Source: Macrostomum lignano (Eukaryota). Taken from it: 64,000 nucleotides of DNA. Below, piece after piece: positions 28,801 through 39,072 of the stretch (positions are counted from its first letter, which is position 1; each line of letters starts with the position of its first letter). The notes under the pieces were generated by a model. The model had not been told where the DNA came from. It searched no databases and saw only the letters and a list, made by a program, of their open reading frames with translations. The position numbers were made by a program, and so were the translations under genes. The DNA lies in the NCBI GenBank assembly GCA_002269645.1, contig NIVC01000807.1, positions 186,001 to 250,000 on the forward strand. The letters are read 5' to 3'.

Positions 28801-31800
28801 GCTTTATACTAGCGATACAAGCCTGTATTCAATAATGACTTCAAGTTTAACGCTTGAGCTGGCTTACTGACAGGGCTCAACTATCAAGACCAAGACCTGG
28901 CTGAGGTCGAACAGGTTTGCTTTTTTCGTATCAGTCGAAACTCGTTCGACAGCAAGGCCAGAAATTAATGATGCTCAAAAAATCCGACTCGTAGGAGACC
29001 GATGGTTTCGTGACAGGAAAACACAAAACACGCCGCGCTTGAAGGTGACGCATGCTGACTCAGGGTTTCTTGGAAATGCATCGATGCCGTCAGCTGACTT
29101 CATCGTTTCCCGACCTCGCTCTTGTATTCACCGCACCCCTTCCATGCTGCACGGCGGACGCAAGCGAGGTCGGGACAGCTGAAAGATGAAGCGGCAGCAG
29201 GCACTGCTCAGCTGCTCATCCGCACCCTGGCCTCGTGTTTCAACTCCCAACGGCCGAGTTTATCGCTTGCCAAGATCTCCCCTTTTGGCCGGCCACCTTG
29301 TCGCGGCGCCATCTCTCTGATCAATTCCTGTTGCTGCTTTCACCTCTTCTTCATTCTCTTTTTTCTCTCCATCTCCCCTCCTCTCTCTCTCGGTTAAACA
29401 GCACAGCGGGGTCGCTCCCATGGGAAATGAGATGGTGGAGAGCGGTGGGAGAAAATGCCCCAAACCTCTCTCTCTCTTTTATCCTTGAAGAACTCTGCAG
29501 AGGTGGAGTCCCGCAGCTGGGAAATGAAAGGGGAAAGGGAAGGATACATGGGGGGCTGCCACCAGACACTCCCCTTTCAATCGGCTTTCCTCCTTGTCCA
29601 AACGACGGCACTCCCGTATCAGCAAACGCCTCTCTTTAATCATGTCGGACGCGGCGGTGTCGGCAGGGGAGGGTGGCCGGGTCTCTTATGCAACCCAACA
29701 ATAACTGCCCATCACACCCTGAAGGACTGGCCCCGCATCTCAGCCCTCATCTCTTACCTTCCACTTTCATCTACCATCTATCCTCTCGCCTGTCCCATTC
29801 TTTTTCATTTTCGACCCCTCGACTTCAATCGTGAATGCAGCCCTCTGTCTAAAGTGGTCGCCAAGCCTTTGTTGACCAGTTTTTGAGCTGCAGAAGAACT
29901 CCGAGAGCCGCTGTGACAGGTGCCATCGGCAGTTCACAGTCTGATTGCCAGAAATCGAATTTGGCAAATTGAGTCGAAAATGAAAGACAGACAGACACAC
30001 AGAGAGAGAGAGAGAATATCCAAGCAGATTAAGATTGAGAACGAGAGTTGTTCTCTCCTCTTTCATTAAAGTCGTTACTCATGGGACGCTTGCGTCACAA
30101 TGGCTACAGCAGAATTCCTCTTAAGGAATATTAGAATACATAAATTATTAATTAATCGGTGCAAAATCCCAGATTTCTCTTAGCCAGGCTTGGTCTGTTC
30201 AAGCGGCGACCGACCCCGCCTCGCCCCGCTTGCCCTCAATTTCTATAAGCCGCGGGCCTGGCCCGTCCGCTTGTTTGAAAAAATTGCTCTTTGCCCCCCC
30301 AGGGCGGAACATAAGATGCTTTTGCTCAGGCCAATCCGCTTGCTTGTGAAAGACGATAGATATTTGATCTAAAAGGCAGTGAAGCTGGCGACCCCGCAGT
30401 CAGTAAAGTTCTTTGATTTTTCTAGTTATAATGCTCAAATAAATCCATTGGTCTTGTCTCATTGTCTCGTGCGCAGGGGACACAAGCGCGCAACCCCAAT
30501 TATGAACGGCAGTGACCTTCTTTTGTTTGTTTTTGCTTTGAGGCCAACAAAATAGCTCAGTGAATCTTGAAAATAATCGCTTTTCTATATCCATGGCGCC
30601 ACAGTGGGGTTTCAGGCCTAAGCCAGAAAAGTTTCAATGGAGTTGCGCGCTTAATCCAGAGACTGGCTATGGAGTTGTGCGCTTAATCTAGAGACTGGCT
30701 ATGGAGTTGTGCGCTTAATCCAGAGACTGGCTATGGAGTTGCCCGCTTAATCTAGGGACTGGCTATGGAGTTGCGCGCTTAATCTAGAGACTGGCTATGG
30801 AGTTGCCCGCTTAATCTAGGGACTGGCTATGGAGTTGCGCGCTTAATCTAGAGACTGGCTATGGAGTTGCGCGCTTAATCTAGAGACTGGCTATGGAGTT
30901 GTGCGCTTAATCTAGAGACTGGCTATGGAGTTACCCGCTTAATCTAGAGACTGGCTATGGAGTTGTGCGCTTAATCTAGAGACTGGCTATGGAGTTACCC
31001 GCTTAATCTAGGGACTGGCTATGGAGTTGCGCGCTTAATCTAGAGACTGGCTATGGAGTTGCGCGCTTGATCTAGAGACTGGCTATGGAGTTGTGCGCTT
31101 AATCTAGAGACTGGCTATGGAGTTGCGCGCTTAATCTAGAGACTGGCTATGGAGTTGCGCGCTTGATCTAGAGACTGGCTATGGAGTTGCGCGCTTAATC
31201 TAGAGCTGGCTATGGAGTTGTGCGCTTAATCTAGAGACTGGCAATGGAGTTGCGCGCTTAATCTAGAGACTGGCTATGGAGTTGTGCGCTTAATCTAGAG
31301 ACTGGCTATGGAGCTGCGCGCTTAATCTAGAGACTGGCTATGGAGTTGCCCGCTTAATCTAGAGACTGGCTATGGAGTTGCCCGCTTAATCTAGGGACTG
31401 GTTATGTAGTTGCCCGCTTAATCTAGGGACTGGCTATGAAGACAGATCCAATAAGTGAGTTATGCGTTTTTAACTGAGTCTCTGACTTGTCGCATGTCGC
31501 CCGCAGGTGATCTACGTCGACGTAAACGACGCCGCGCCGCCGCCATCGAATCTGCTGGACGAAGCCGAGCTGGCCGCCGCGCACACCAGGCGCAACGTGA
31601 TCATCATCGTGATTCTGGCGGCCGTGTCAGCCGTGCTGGCCATCATCCTCATCATCGCTATCACGTGCGTCAATCGGCCCTGCTGCGGCATGTACGGCCC
31701 GCCCCAGTACGCGTCTGGCCTGGGCGGACGAGGCTCCAAGCGGCCCCCGGAGACGGAGGCGGACCAGCAGTACATGGAGCAGGCGCTGCACCTGACTGTG

Positions 31801-34165
31801 GCGGACGGTGACATCATGGGCGGTGCTTGGGGCGCTGGCGGCCCGACTGATTTGCACCGGCAGACTGGATCTCAGGTAAGCCTAGTGTGACGTGATGTAT
31901 TTTGGTTGCTCTCTAACAGTGACAGTGATTGTATTAGCAACGAGATCAATGGAGTATTTTGCTTAGCAACTGGAACTTTTGTGATTGTTTATCGCAGCAA
32001 CAGTATAGACATACTTTTTATCGCAGTATAAATGTTTAATCTTATCAACAAAAAATTCGGAGAGAGTCATTACCTTGGCAACCAGACCTGTAGGATTTTT
32101 CTCTTAGCAACTGGAACCTGCAGGATTGTTCATCTTAACAACCACTAAAGCCTTAGCAACCGGGTCCATTGGAGTGTTTTCCTTAGCAACCGGATCCATT
32201 GGAGTACTTTTTTTAGCAACCGGATCTATTGGAGTGTTTTCCTTAGCAACTGTGTCCATTGGAGTGTTTTCCTTAGCAACCGGGTCTATTGGAGTGTTTT
32301 CCTTAGCAACCGGGTCCATTGAATGTTTTCCTTAGCAACCGGTTCCACTGGAGTGCTTTCCTTAGCAACCGGGTACATTGAATGTTTTCCTTAGCAACCG
32401 GTTCCACTGGAGTGCTTTCCTTAGCAACCGGGTCCATTGAATGTTTTCCTTAGCAACCGGTTCCACTGGAGTGCTTTCCTTAGCAACCGGGTACATTGAA
32501 GTACTTTCTTTAGCAACCAAGTCCATCGGAGTGCTTCCCTTAGCAACGAGACGCATTCTCAAGACAATGTTCTCCTTAGCTTGTTCTGGAGACTGCTGAT
32601 CACTGCATCCCGTCCTTGACAGAGCCCAATCGTGACCACATCATTCGCTTCGCCCATCCACGAGGGCTACTGCCGCGGCGACATCGGCAGCGGACGCACT
32701 CTGCCGAACCCCAGGCACCTCCAGCATCAGCAGCAGCTTCAACACGCGGTCGTAAAATCGCCGACAGCAGCCGCAGGCGCTGGCGCTGGCAAGACAGGAA
32801 AAAGTGACCAGGTATGGTTGTTCCGAACACGGGACTTCCCAGATTTAACTGCAATCATACTGGAATCAAGTTCAAGTCTAGTAATTAGTTTTAGAGCTTT
32901 GTCAAAGCTATAATCGAGAATACTGCACCGTTCCTTTTTAAAGCTATGATTTCCATTTCTACTTTTTTTGTCTTTCCATCTGCTGTATCTGGTACTAAGC
33001 ACCCAAAATTTAAGGCAGCAGAGCAGCGCTGAGGTTAATGTGCTTGTCTGACTCTCACGCCATGCCCCCTCGTTCGATTACGTGCGCAGCTACATTCATT
33101 CGTGAGGCTTATGCATTAAAACATTGACCTAGGGGGTTGCCGAGCGATTCACAGTAGTGAGGGCCAACCCCCAATGCACAGAGAGTGTACATGCCTGGCG
33201 ATAGGAAAGTCAGGACCGCTGTACACCCTGTGTGAGCGTGTGTATGAGTGCGTGCCTGCGTACAGTATTGGCGCGATTGTGTGTGCTCAGGGGTCAGTGG
33301 AATTGGCAGAATTGCCTCAGCGTTGGTTGCGGGTCGGTCGGTGCCCACAGCCCTCCTGCGAATTTTTATAGATTATCATAATTCCCAACTCCCACGCCAG
33401 GTGAACTTTTGGCTCTACCAGATCAAAGAGGACGCTTCAACGCCGCAGCACCAGCTGCTGCAGCAGCAGTCGCACTGTGCAGCCACCAGCAGCAACTTTT
33501 GCACCATTGCTCGCGGACCGCATCACCCTTCGCCGTACATTGTACAGCAGCACCAGCAGCAGCACAGCCAGCCAGCTGAAGCTGTTGACGGAGCCCAGTC
33601 GGACAGTGGCCGGGGCTGCTCGGACGAGGACTTGTCCTCCGGCCCGGTGTACTACCAGCCATCGACTAATGCCGCTTGTCAGATGCACCGAGGCCCTCCA
33701 GTCAGCCACCGGGGTGAGTGCAACTGCTCCGGTTATCGCATCTGATTCTCGCTAGGCTAAGCAGGCAGCTAAATTGCAAACCTTGGGTCACCCCGTTTCA
33801 CAGCCGCCGAAGCTCCCAGTCCTGCCCATTTCGCTCCGCTCCCGGTGCTGCACTCGACCAGCATGGCCGTATCCGCGTCGACTCCGGCTCGCTGCGGCCA
33901 CCACTCAGTCTCCGGGCCGACTGCTCTGCCTGCGATTTCTCTGCCGTCTTCATTCGACGAGGACACCAGCAGGAGGCAGCAGCAACAGCAGCAGCATCAG
34001 CAGCCTCCGCCAGTCCCGGCACCGTTGCAGACTGTCGAGGAGGTTGCGGGCAGCCAGGAGACCGTGTCGGCGGCATCAGCAGGTGGTGGCGGCAGCGGCA
34101 ACGGACAGGCTGACCAAGTGTGCCGTCAGATTGACAGCTTGTTCTTCCGGGACATGCCGGTGTGA
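18961..34165 (+). CDS. Protocadherin, 7 extracellular cadherin repeats + TM + Q-rich cytoplasmic tail; spliced CDS join(18961-19827,25707-26691,27179-27708,31507-31875,32623-32811,33401-33713,33804-34165), about 1204 aa
   Basis: Signal-peptide-like N-terminus MPLSSWRELLTFAVALTTVA. Cadherin linkers DINDHAPRF, DVNDNSPEF, DANDNAPEY, DKNDNAPRF, DENDNSPQF, DVNDETPRI. Hydrophobic TM VIIIVILAAVSAVLAIILIIAITCV. All six introns are GT-AG with matching phases (0,1,0,0,0,1); total 3615 nt. Confidence 0.93.
22915..23755. repeat. 30-bp minisatellite (gtagcaatcctggatcctgaggtcccgatt)n, protocadherin intron 1
   Basis: About 28 units. Confidence 0.97.
25707..26691 (+). CDS. Protocadherin coding exon 2 (EC3-EC5, start of EC6)
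   Basis: ttgcag|CTGAAAGCCAGGGAC; LDYE, FDRE motifs; donor G|gtaagc. Confidence 0.95.
26752..27045 (-). mobile_element. tRNA-headed SINE, family A
   Basis: Reverse complement shows head gcagagcggcttcagccgtaaacacgtctga and central box cccccaaggcacagagagggtacatg shared with other copies. Confidence 0.7.
27179..27708 (+). CDS. Protocadherin coding exon 3 (EC6-EC7)
   Basis: gtccag|GCTTGAAC; LDRE and DGDEGVNG motifs; donor AAG|gtaaat. Confidence 0.93.
27723..28078. repeat. 19-bp minisatellite (cccattctgaagctgctgt)n, starting 15 nt after a splice donor
   Basis: About 19 units. Confidence 0.97.
30637..31440. repeat. 32-bp minisatellite (atggagttgcgcgcttaatctagagactggct)n
   Basis: About 25 units. 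Confidence 0.97.
31507..31875 (+). CDS. Protocadherin coding exon 4 (end of EC7, transmembrane helix)
   Basis: ccgcag|GTGATCTAC; hydrophobic stretch; donor CAG|gtaagc. Confidence 0.92.
32100..32580. repeat. 29/30-bp minisatellite (ttagcaaccgggtccattggagtgttttcc)n
   Basis: About 15 units. Confidence 0.93.
32623..32811 (+). CDS. Protocadherin coding exon 5 (cytoplasmic)
   Basis: ttgacag|AGCCCA...GACCAG|gtatgg; 63 codons, phase 0/0, open frame. Confidence 0.75.
33017..33362 (+). mobile_element. tRNA-headed SINE, family A
   Basis: Head gcagagcagc...gttcgattac; central gagggccaacccccaatgcacagagagtgtacatgcc. Confidence 0.72.
33401..33713 (+). CDS. Protocadherin coding exon 6 (cytoplasmic, DSGRGCSD motif)
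   Basis: cgccag|GTGAAC...CGGG|gtgagt; open frame with a delta-protocadherin-like DSGRG motif. Confidence 0.82.
33804..34165 (+). CDS. Protocadherin last coding exon, ends ...QIDSLFFRDMPV*
   Basis: tttcacag|CC after a 90-nt intron; phase 1 matches exon 6; TGA at 34163-34165. Confidence 0.78.
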
Positions 34166-34402
34166 GATGTCCCGCAGCATGATATTTAAATTTAGCAGAA
34201 ATGTATTCGCGTTAGAAGTATTGTTTGTCTCTAAATATTCATTTAATGTTAAATTCTGGTGAAGAAAGGAGATTGAAGTTGAAAAATAGTCCTAAATTTA
34301 GGATATAACTATCTGGAAACGCCACCAATGGTAAGACTGAAGTAAAAACGTGGAACCTTTTCTGATCTTCAAGAATGCTTCTATCCTTCTCAACCCCCAA
34401 TT

Positions 34403-34572
34403 AGTTATCAGTTTGCTAGCCGGCCCCTCACCCCACCCCAGAAGGGTTATCAGTTTGCTAGCCGGCCCCTCACCCTACCCCAGAAGGGTTATCAGTTTGC
34501 TAGCCGGCCCCTCACCCTACCCCAGAAGGGTTATCAGTTTGCTAGCCGGCCCATCACCCCACCCCAGAAGGT
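34403..34572. repeat. 42-bp unit x4 (gttatcagtttgctagccggcccctcaccctaccccagaagg)
   Basis: Directly visible, about 240 nt after the protocadherin stop. Confidence 0.93.
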
Positions 34573-36147
34573 CATCGGCTTTTATACCGGACCCTTAAGT
34601 CAATTTCTTTTCCTTCCTAAACGTTGATGTAAAACGCGGTGGAACAAGACAATATAGCAATTTTAACAAACTACCCTCGTAATTATGTTGTGAACTGCTT
34701 GCATTTGTTGTCTGTACATTTTTTGGTAAATAATCCCCATTACATTCAATAGTTTCTTAACTATCTCAGCACATATTGCTTGTGAAACCTTGAATTTAAT
34801 ATTGATGTTGCACGCAAAACTAGATTTGCAACTGGCAATAAGCTTAAAGTTTCTTGCGGTTTTTATTCTTTTGTCCTGCATAATAGCTCGTACTGGTTTC
34901 CTTCCAAAATTGCCTAATATCTATTCGCGAAAAATGCTTACTGAGCTACTTTCAGTAGTTCATTAGCTGTTTTAAATTTCCTACATTTTCTCGCGTATAC
35001 GCTGATTGCTGACTAGTCGTTGCAGTGGTTTAGTAAATTTCTAATACCGTACACCAGCCAATGCAGTATATACATTGTACCAGCATAATCATCATCGATT
35101 ATTTAGGAATTTTGCGAGCGAAATGATGCGTTTTCAAGCTTGCCTTGAACACGGCAAACATAGTAAAATCATACCGCTTTACGTTGTAAAAAATTTTATT
35201 GTCCCTAATTTGGCCGAAAAGCTTAAATTAGTGAGAAAATATTCTGTGTAGATTATGATTTTGAAATATACACTCAAAATTTTGATGTTTCATTGTGAGA
35301 GTCAGATTCTCTGACTGAAACGGAAGTTTTGAGTTTATAAATGTTATTTAAATGAAGAATACTGAATATTTGCATATTGAGTAGAGGTCCTCGCGTGGAT
35401 TATGGTCAAATATTTCTTTGAATTAATGAATAAGCCCAGGTGCAGTTATGTGACAGTTTCTGTTAAATGGGGATTCGAAACCAGTATTAAAGCTCGTACT
35501 GAGCATATATTATAATTTTAAAGAGTCTGAGAGGGCTATCTATTCGGATGCAATAACGATGCAACAAGTGTACTACTAGTACAACAAATGGAATTTAGTA
35601 GTCCTTGGTACTACTCTACTAATTTATATGCTTGTATGCACAGTGTTCATTTTGTAGCCACTAATATCAACATTATGGCAAAATATCACACACACGATAC
35701 CGTCTACACTATATACATTTACACCTATACTTATGACTCGGTTGCTACGTTATTCCAAGCCTGTATAAACAAAAAATTCAATACAAAAAATTGTTATGAA
35801 ATGAATATACAAAACTGGCTACACCTCTTTGGAAGCGGTGATGCTGATGGTTACAAGAAAGACTGGATATTGTTTGTCTCAAAGTTCAACAAGCTCAGAA
35901 AATGTCTATAGTTTAGGCGTGCTCAACAATGATGCAGTCAAAGTTGGCGCTGAAAATGAAGCTTTTCTTTCGGGAAAAATCAGGGAAATTCGGAATACGT
36001 CAGTTGCTTTTTTGTGTTAACTGTTAAATGCAAAACCGAATTTTTGCCCCAAGAAACCATTCCTGGAAATCTATTTCTAAGAAAAGCCGATTGCCAGTGC
36101 GTGATTCAAATCAAAGGAAGGCGCATTGACTCCCAAAATAATCATTC

Positions 36148-36600
36148 CTAGAAAGAATTTTCTGGGAATTTTCCGGAATTTTCATCTTCGTCTCGTTCTT
36201 CAGCTTCGCAGTCATCGAATTCGCATTCGAAATCTTCGCTCGATGGCAGCTCGATGACGACAGTGGCAAGGCCGTCCGAGCGGTCAGCGCGGCCGTGTCG
36301 GCCACTTCGGTTTCGGGCCAGACGCAGCAGTTCGGTTGCTGGATTCTTCCCGACACCGGACTCCTCGGTGAGGCTGTCGCCAATGCAAGCGACCGCTTCG
36401 TCGGGTTCCACGGCGTTCCAGAGCCCGGGCGAGCCGAGCAAAACCAGACGGTCGGCTGGCGCCAGCTGCACCGCGGCAACCTCCGGCAAGCCGGTCAAAC
36501 TGGCTGGCAAAGTCGGCATTGTCGGCGATGCCCAAGCGACGTCGGTCAACCGATCGACGGACCATTTGAGTCCGACTCGACCGAAAGCGCGAGTGGCCTC
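36148..36600 (-). CDS. PDP-like exon 4 (to stop)
   Basis: cccccctcag|GAGGCCACTCGCGCTTTC; RAFG, KWSVD, GSPGLW motifs; acidic C-terminal tail. Confidence 0.87.
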   Translation of the reverse strand, partial: EATRAFGRVGLKWSVDRLTDVAWASPTMPTLPASLTGLPEVAAVQLAPADRLVLLGSPGLWNAVEPDEAVACIGDSLTEESGVGKNPATELLRLARNRSGRHGRADRSDGLATVVIELPSSEDFECEFDDCEAEERDEDENSGKFPENSF

Positions 36601-39072
36601 CTGAGGGGGGGGGGCAGTGTTCCGGTGACGTTTCGTCCTTCCCAGGACTGATGCAAACACCAATAATTAAAGGGTTTTATTCCAAAAAGCATCCTCAAAG
36701 GTCTATCGTTGGCAGAGCAGCTCAGCGGTAAACACGTCTGACTTTCGCGCCACGACCCCTGGTTCGATTCCGCGAGCGGCCGCATTCGTTTGGGGCTGGT
36801 GCTTATCGTGCCATTCACACCCGTGAGGGCCAACCCCCAAGGCACAGAGAGTGTACATGCCTGACGATTAGTATGTCAGGGTTGCTGTGCACCCTGTGTG
36901 AGCGTGCGTATCAGTATTGGCGCGCTTGCAGGTACTCAGGAGTCTGCCGAATGGGCAGAATTCCTTCAGTACTGGTTGTGGGACGATGTCGCACCAGATT
37001 GCTCACAACCATCCAGCCAATATGTACTTTTTGATTTACTTCACTTATTTAAATATATTTGAGGGCTTCGTTTCAATGAAATTAAGGCCATTGCAAGCTA
37101 AACGATCTTTTTCCTACCTGTTCGCCAAGGAAGCAGTTCCGAGCAAACAGGCCGGCCCGAGCTGCTGGCTCTGGGAAACGCTGCGCTAGGCGCCTCACCT
37201 CCCGCCAGTTCTCGATGGTATGCGGCGCCACATGTCGGCGCCAGTCCCAAGTGGCACCAGTGGCGCTAACTGACCCGATAACGGCAGCTCCGTCCCCGAT
37301 TTGAGCGATTCGAAGGCACCGCCCGCCACTGCGGACGGACGTTTCCATAGAAACGGCGGTGCCAACTGCTCCGGTCTGGGCCAGTCGGCGGGCCCACTCG
37401 CCGTGCATTGGGACGCAGCAGGGGTCGCTGGGGCTGGGCAGGGTCAGGCCGCACAGGTCCGCGTCTAGCCGGTGAAGTGCCCAGCCTAATCGGTCCTCGA
37501 CCGTCGAGACCGGGATTCTGTCCGACAGCAACCGATCGATGGCATCCCAGTGGCAATCGAGCAGGTCAGCCGGAAGACGGTCGGCTAACAGTCCAGCGCC
37601 TCCCAGGTGTGTCGCTAATTGCTGATGCTGAGCAATGTCGTCTCGGAGCGCTTCTTCCCAGCTGGCCTGGGAATCACTCAGAGTGCGATTTCTCCAGATG
37701 GACATACTGGGTGAGACACCTGCTGGGAGATGCAAGTTAGGGTTCCAAGGGCATATTCACATTGATTTTTGGGGCTAAATTGGAATCTCGGCTTGACTCT
37801 GCTCGTGCAATTAGCGCCATTGAGGGCCAACTCCCAAGGCAGTGAAGTGTACATGCATATAACGATAAATAAAGTTGGGCCCCTGTACACTCCTGCGTGA
37901 GTGTGTGCCTGTGCGTATGACTGCGTACGTTATCCGCGCGCTTGTGTGCCTGCTCATGCTCATGGCTCAGGCGGAATGGGCAGTAATGCCTCTCAATGTC
38001 GCTTAAAGTGCGCCGCGGTGCACACAGCCCCTCCTTCTAAAAATGTCCAGTCATCTACGAGCGTGAGACTATTGGATTTGATTGATACCTGAGTAAATTT
38101 ACGAGTTAGTCAGAGTCGGTCAAAAGGGGCGAAGATTGGAAATAGATTTTAGATTTTAGAATAACTTGGTTCTTATATGTGAGTTAGGAATGAAGGCGTG
38201 TCGGTCAAAGTATCCAGGTAGGCAGTTTCTGTCGGGACTATCAAAAAGCTGCATCCAGCTGCAAAATTCGTATCGTACCCTGTCTTGCGAAGCTGCAGCT
38301 GTGCCGACGCTGTCTACTCGGAGTGTGCAGGTGCGCCACTGCGGCATAGTCAGCTGACATTGCGGCCACAGCTCTGGCGCAGTCCGGGCCACCGCCGATG
38401 GCGTCAAACAGGCCGGTATAGAGAATGGTCCCGGGTGACGCCGAATCGGACAAAAGTCTGGCCGCAGTCCAACACGGGGCTCTGCTATCGCAGCCAAACC
38501 CGGCCGCATAAATGTTGAAGCCGTCGCTTCTAACGGTAGAAGCGTTGACTTCATCATCCGCCTCATTCTCTGTCCTTGGATTCGTTGGCGCGCAGCTGCT
38601 GAGCAAAGAGGCTCGTGACGGCGGCTGAGGCTGCTGCTGCGGCTTAGCGGTTGTCTTTTGTTCCAAGCTTCTATTTACTGTAATTTAAAAAAGCGATTGG
38701 GTCCCCGCTGTATCATCCATGTGTTATCGTGGCAACTGGAATATTTAGGGCGCACTTGCACTTGCTAGGCTCCTACACTTGCAAATTGTGTACGAGATTC
38801 ACTTGCACTTTGAAATGTCAAATGGAGCAAGTTTACGGTCTTTCAATTGGCCCGTACTTGTCCCACCATATATATGCTGATCATGCAGCGTGCAATAAAA
38901 TGTCTTATCAGTCTCCCCAGATGTATCTCCCCATTGAAATTGCCCATGCGCTGGTATACCCCAAGTAATCAATACTTGGAAATAAACTACTGTTAACTTA
39001 TCGAACTACATGTAACAAATAGTCGAACTTACCACCGAAGAGACAGGCTTGATATAAGCACGAAGTGAGCAT
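36148..39072 (-). CDS. Pyruvate dehydrogenase phosphatase (PDP)-like PP2C/PPM family protein, probably catalytically impaired; complement join(39072-39033,38677-38279,37719-37118,36600-36148), about 497 aa
   Basis: Recalled PDP1 motifs align in order: GLFDAIGGGPDCARAVA (GVFDGHAGCACSQAVS), WALHRLDADL (NAFKRLDNDI), IAQIGDGAAVIG (VANTGDSRAMLG), PHTIENWREVRRL (DHNAQNEREVERL), FLGEQEATRAFGRVGLKWSVD (LLGLLMPFRAFGDVKFKWSID), LTGLPEVAAVQLAPADRLVLLGSPGLW (LTAEPEVTYHRLRPQDKFLVLATDGLW). Splice phases 1,1,0 are consistent; total 1494 nt. Confidence 0.85.
36710..37015 (+). mobile_element. tRNA-headed SINE, family A (best-preserved copy)
   Basis: A-box-like agctcagcggta, B-box ggttcgattcc, central gagggccaacccccaaggcacagagagtgtacatgcc. 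Confidence 0.8.
37118..37719 (-). CDS. PDP-like exon 3
   Basis: cccagcag|GTGTC...GAACAG|gtagga; contains the IGDG motif. Confidence 0.85.
37740..38040 (+). mobile_element. SINE, subfamily B (5' head eroded)
   Basis: High similarity to 42575-42905 (gctaaattggaatctcggctt...gagggccaac...gtcgcttaaagtgcgcc). Confidence 0.75.
38279..38677 (-). CDS. PDP-like exon 2
   Basis: Open frame containing LFDAIGG; donor CAGG|gtacga, phase 1. Confidence 0.8.
39033..39072 (-). CDS. PDP-like putative first coding exon (MLTSCLYQACLFG)
   Basis: ATG followed by strong donor G|gtaagt; phase 1 matches acceptor ttacag|TA at 38677. Confidence 0.6.

Noticed and set aside
34891-35487. Possible TA-flanked DNA transposon (tactggtttc / gaaaccagta)
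   Set aside because: Only a 10-bp inverted match and no second copy in the window.
36710-36785. tRNA-like sequences (also 63880-63958, 55050-55130)
   Set aside because: A/B boxes are present, but there is no complete cloverleaf and they continue into repeat bodies. They are SINE heads, not tRNA genes.
36860-36885. CTGACGA resembling a hammerhead ribozyme core in the SINE
   Set aside because: No downstream stem II plus GAAA; the motif is part of a cctgac/gtcagg hairpin and is not conserved in other copies.
38685-38720. In-frame upstream ATG (38720) separated from the PDP-like ORF by one TAA, suggesting readthrough or a pseudogene
   Set aside because: Better explained by the intron acceptor at 38678 joined to the 39033-39072 exon; a same-frame ATG has a 1-in-3 chance.
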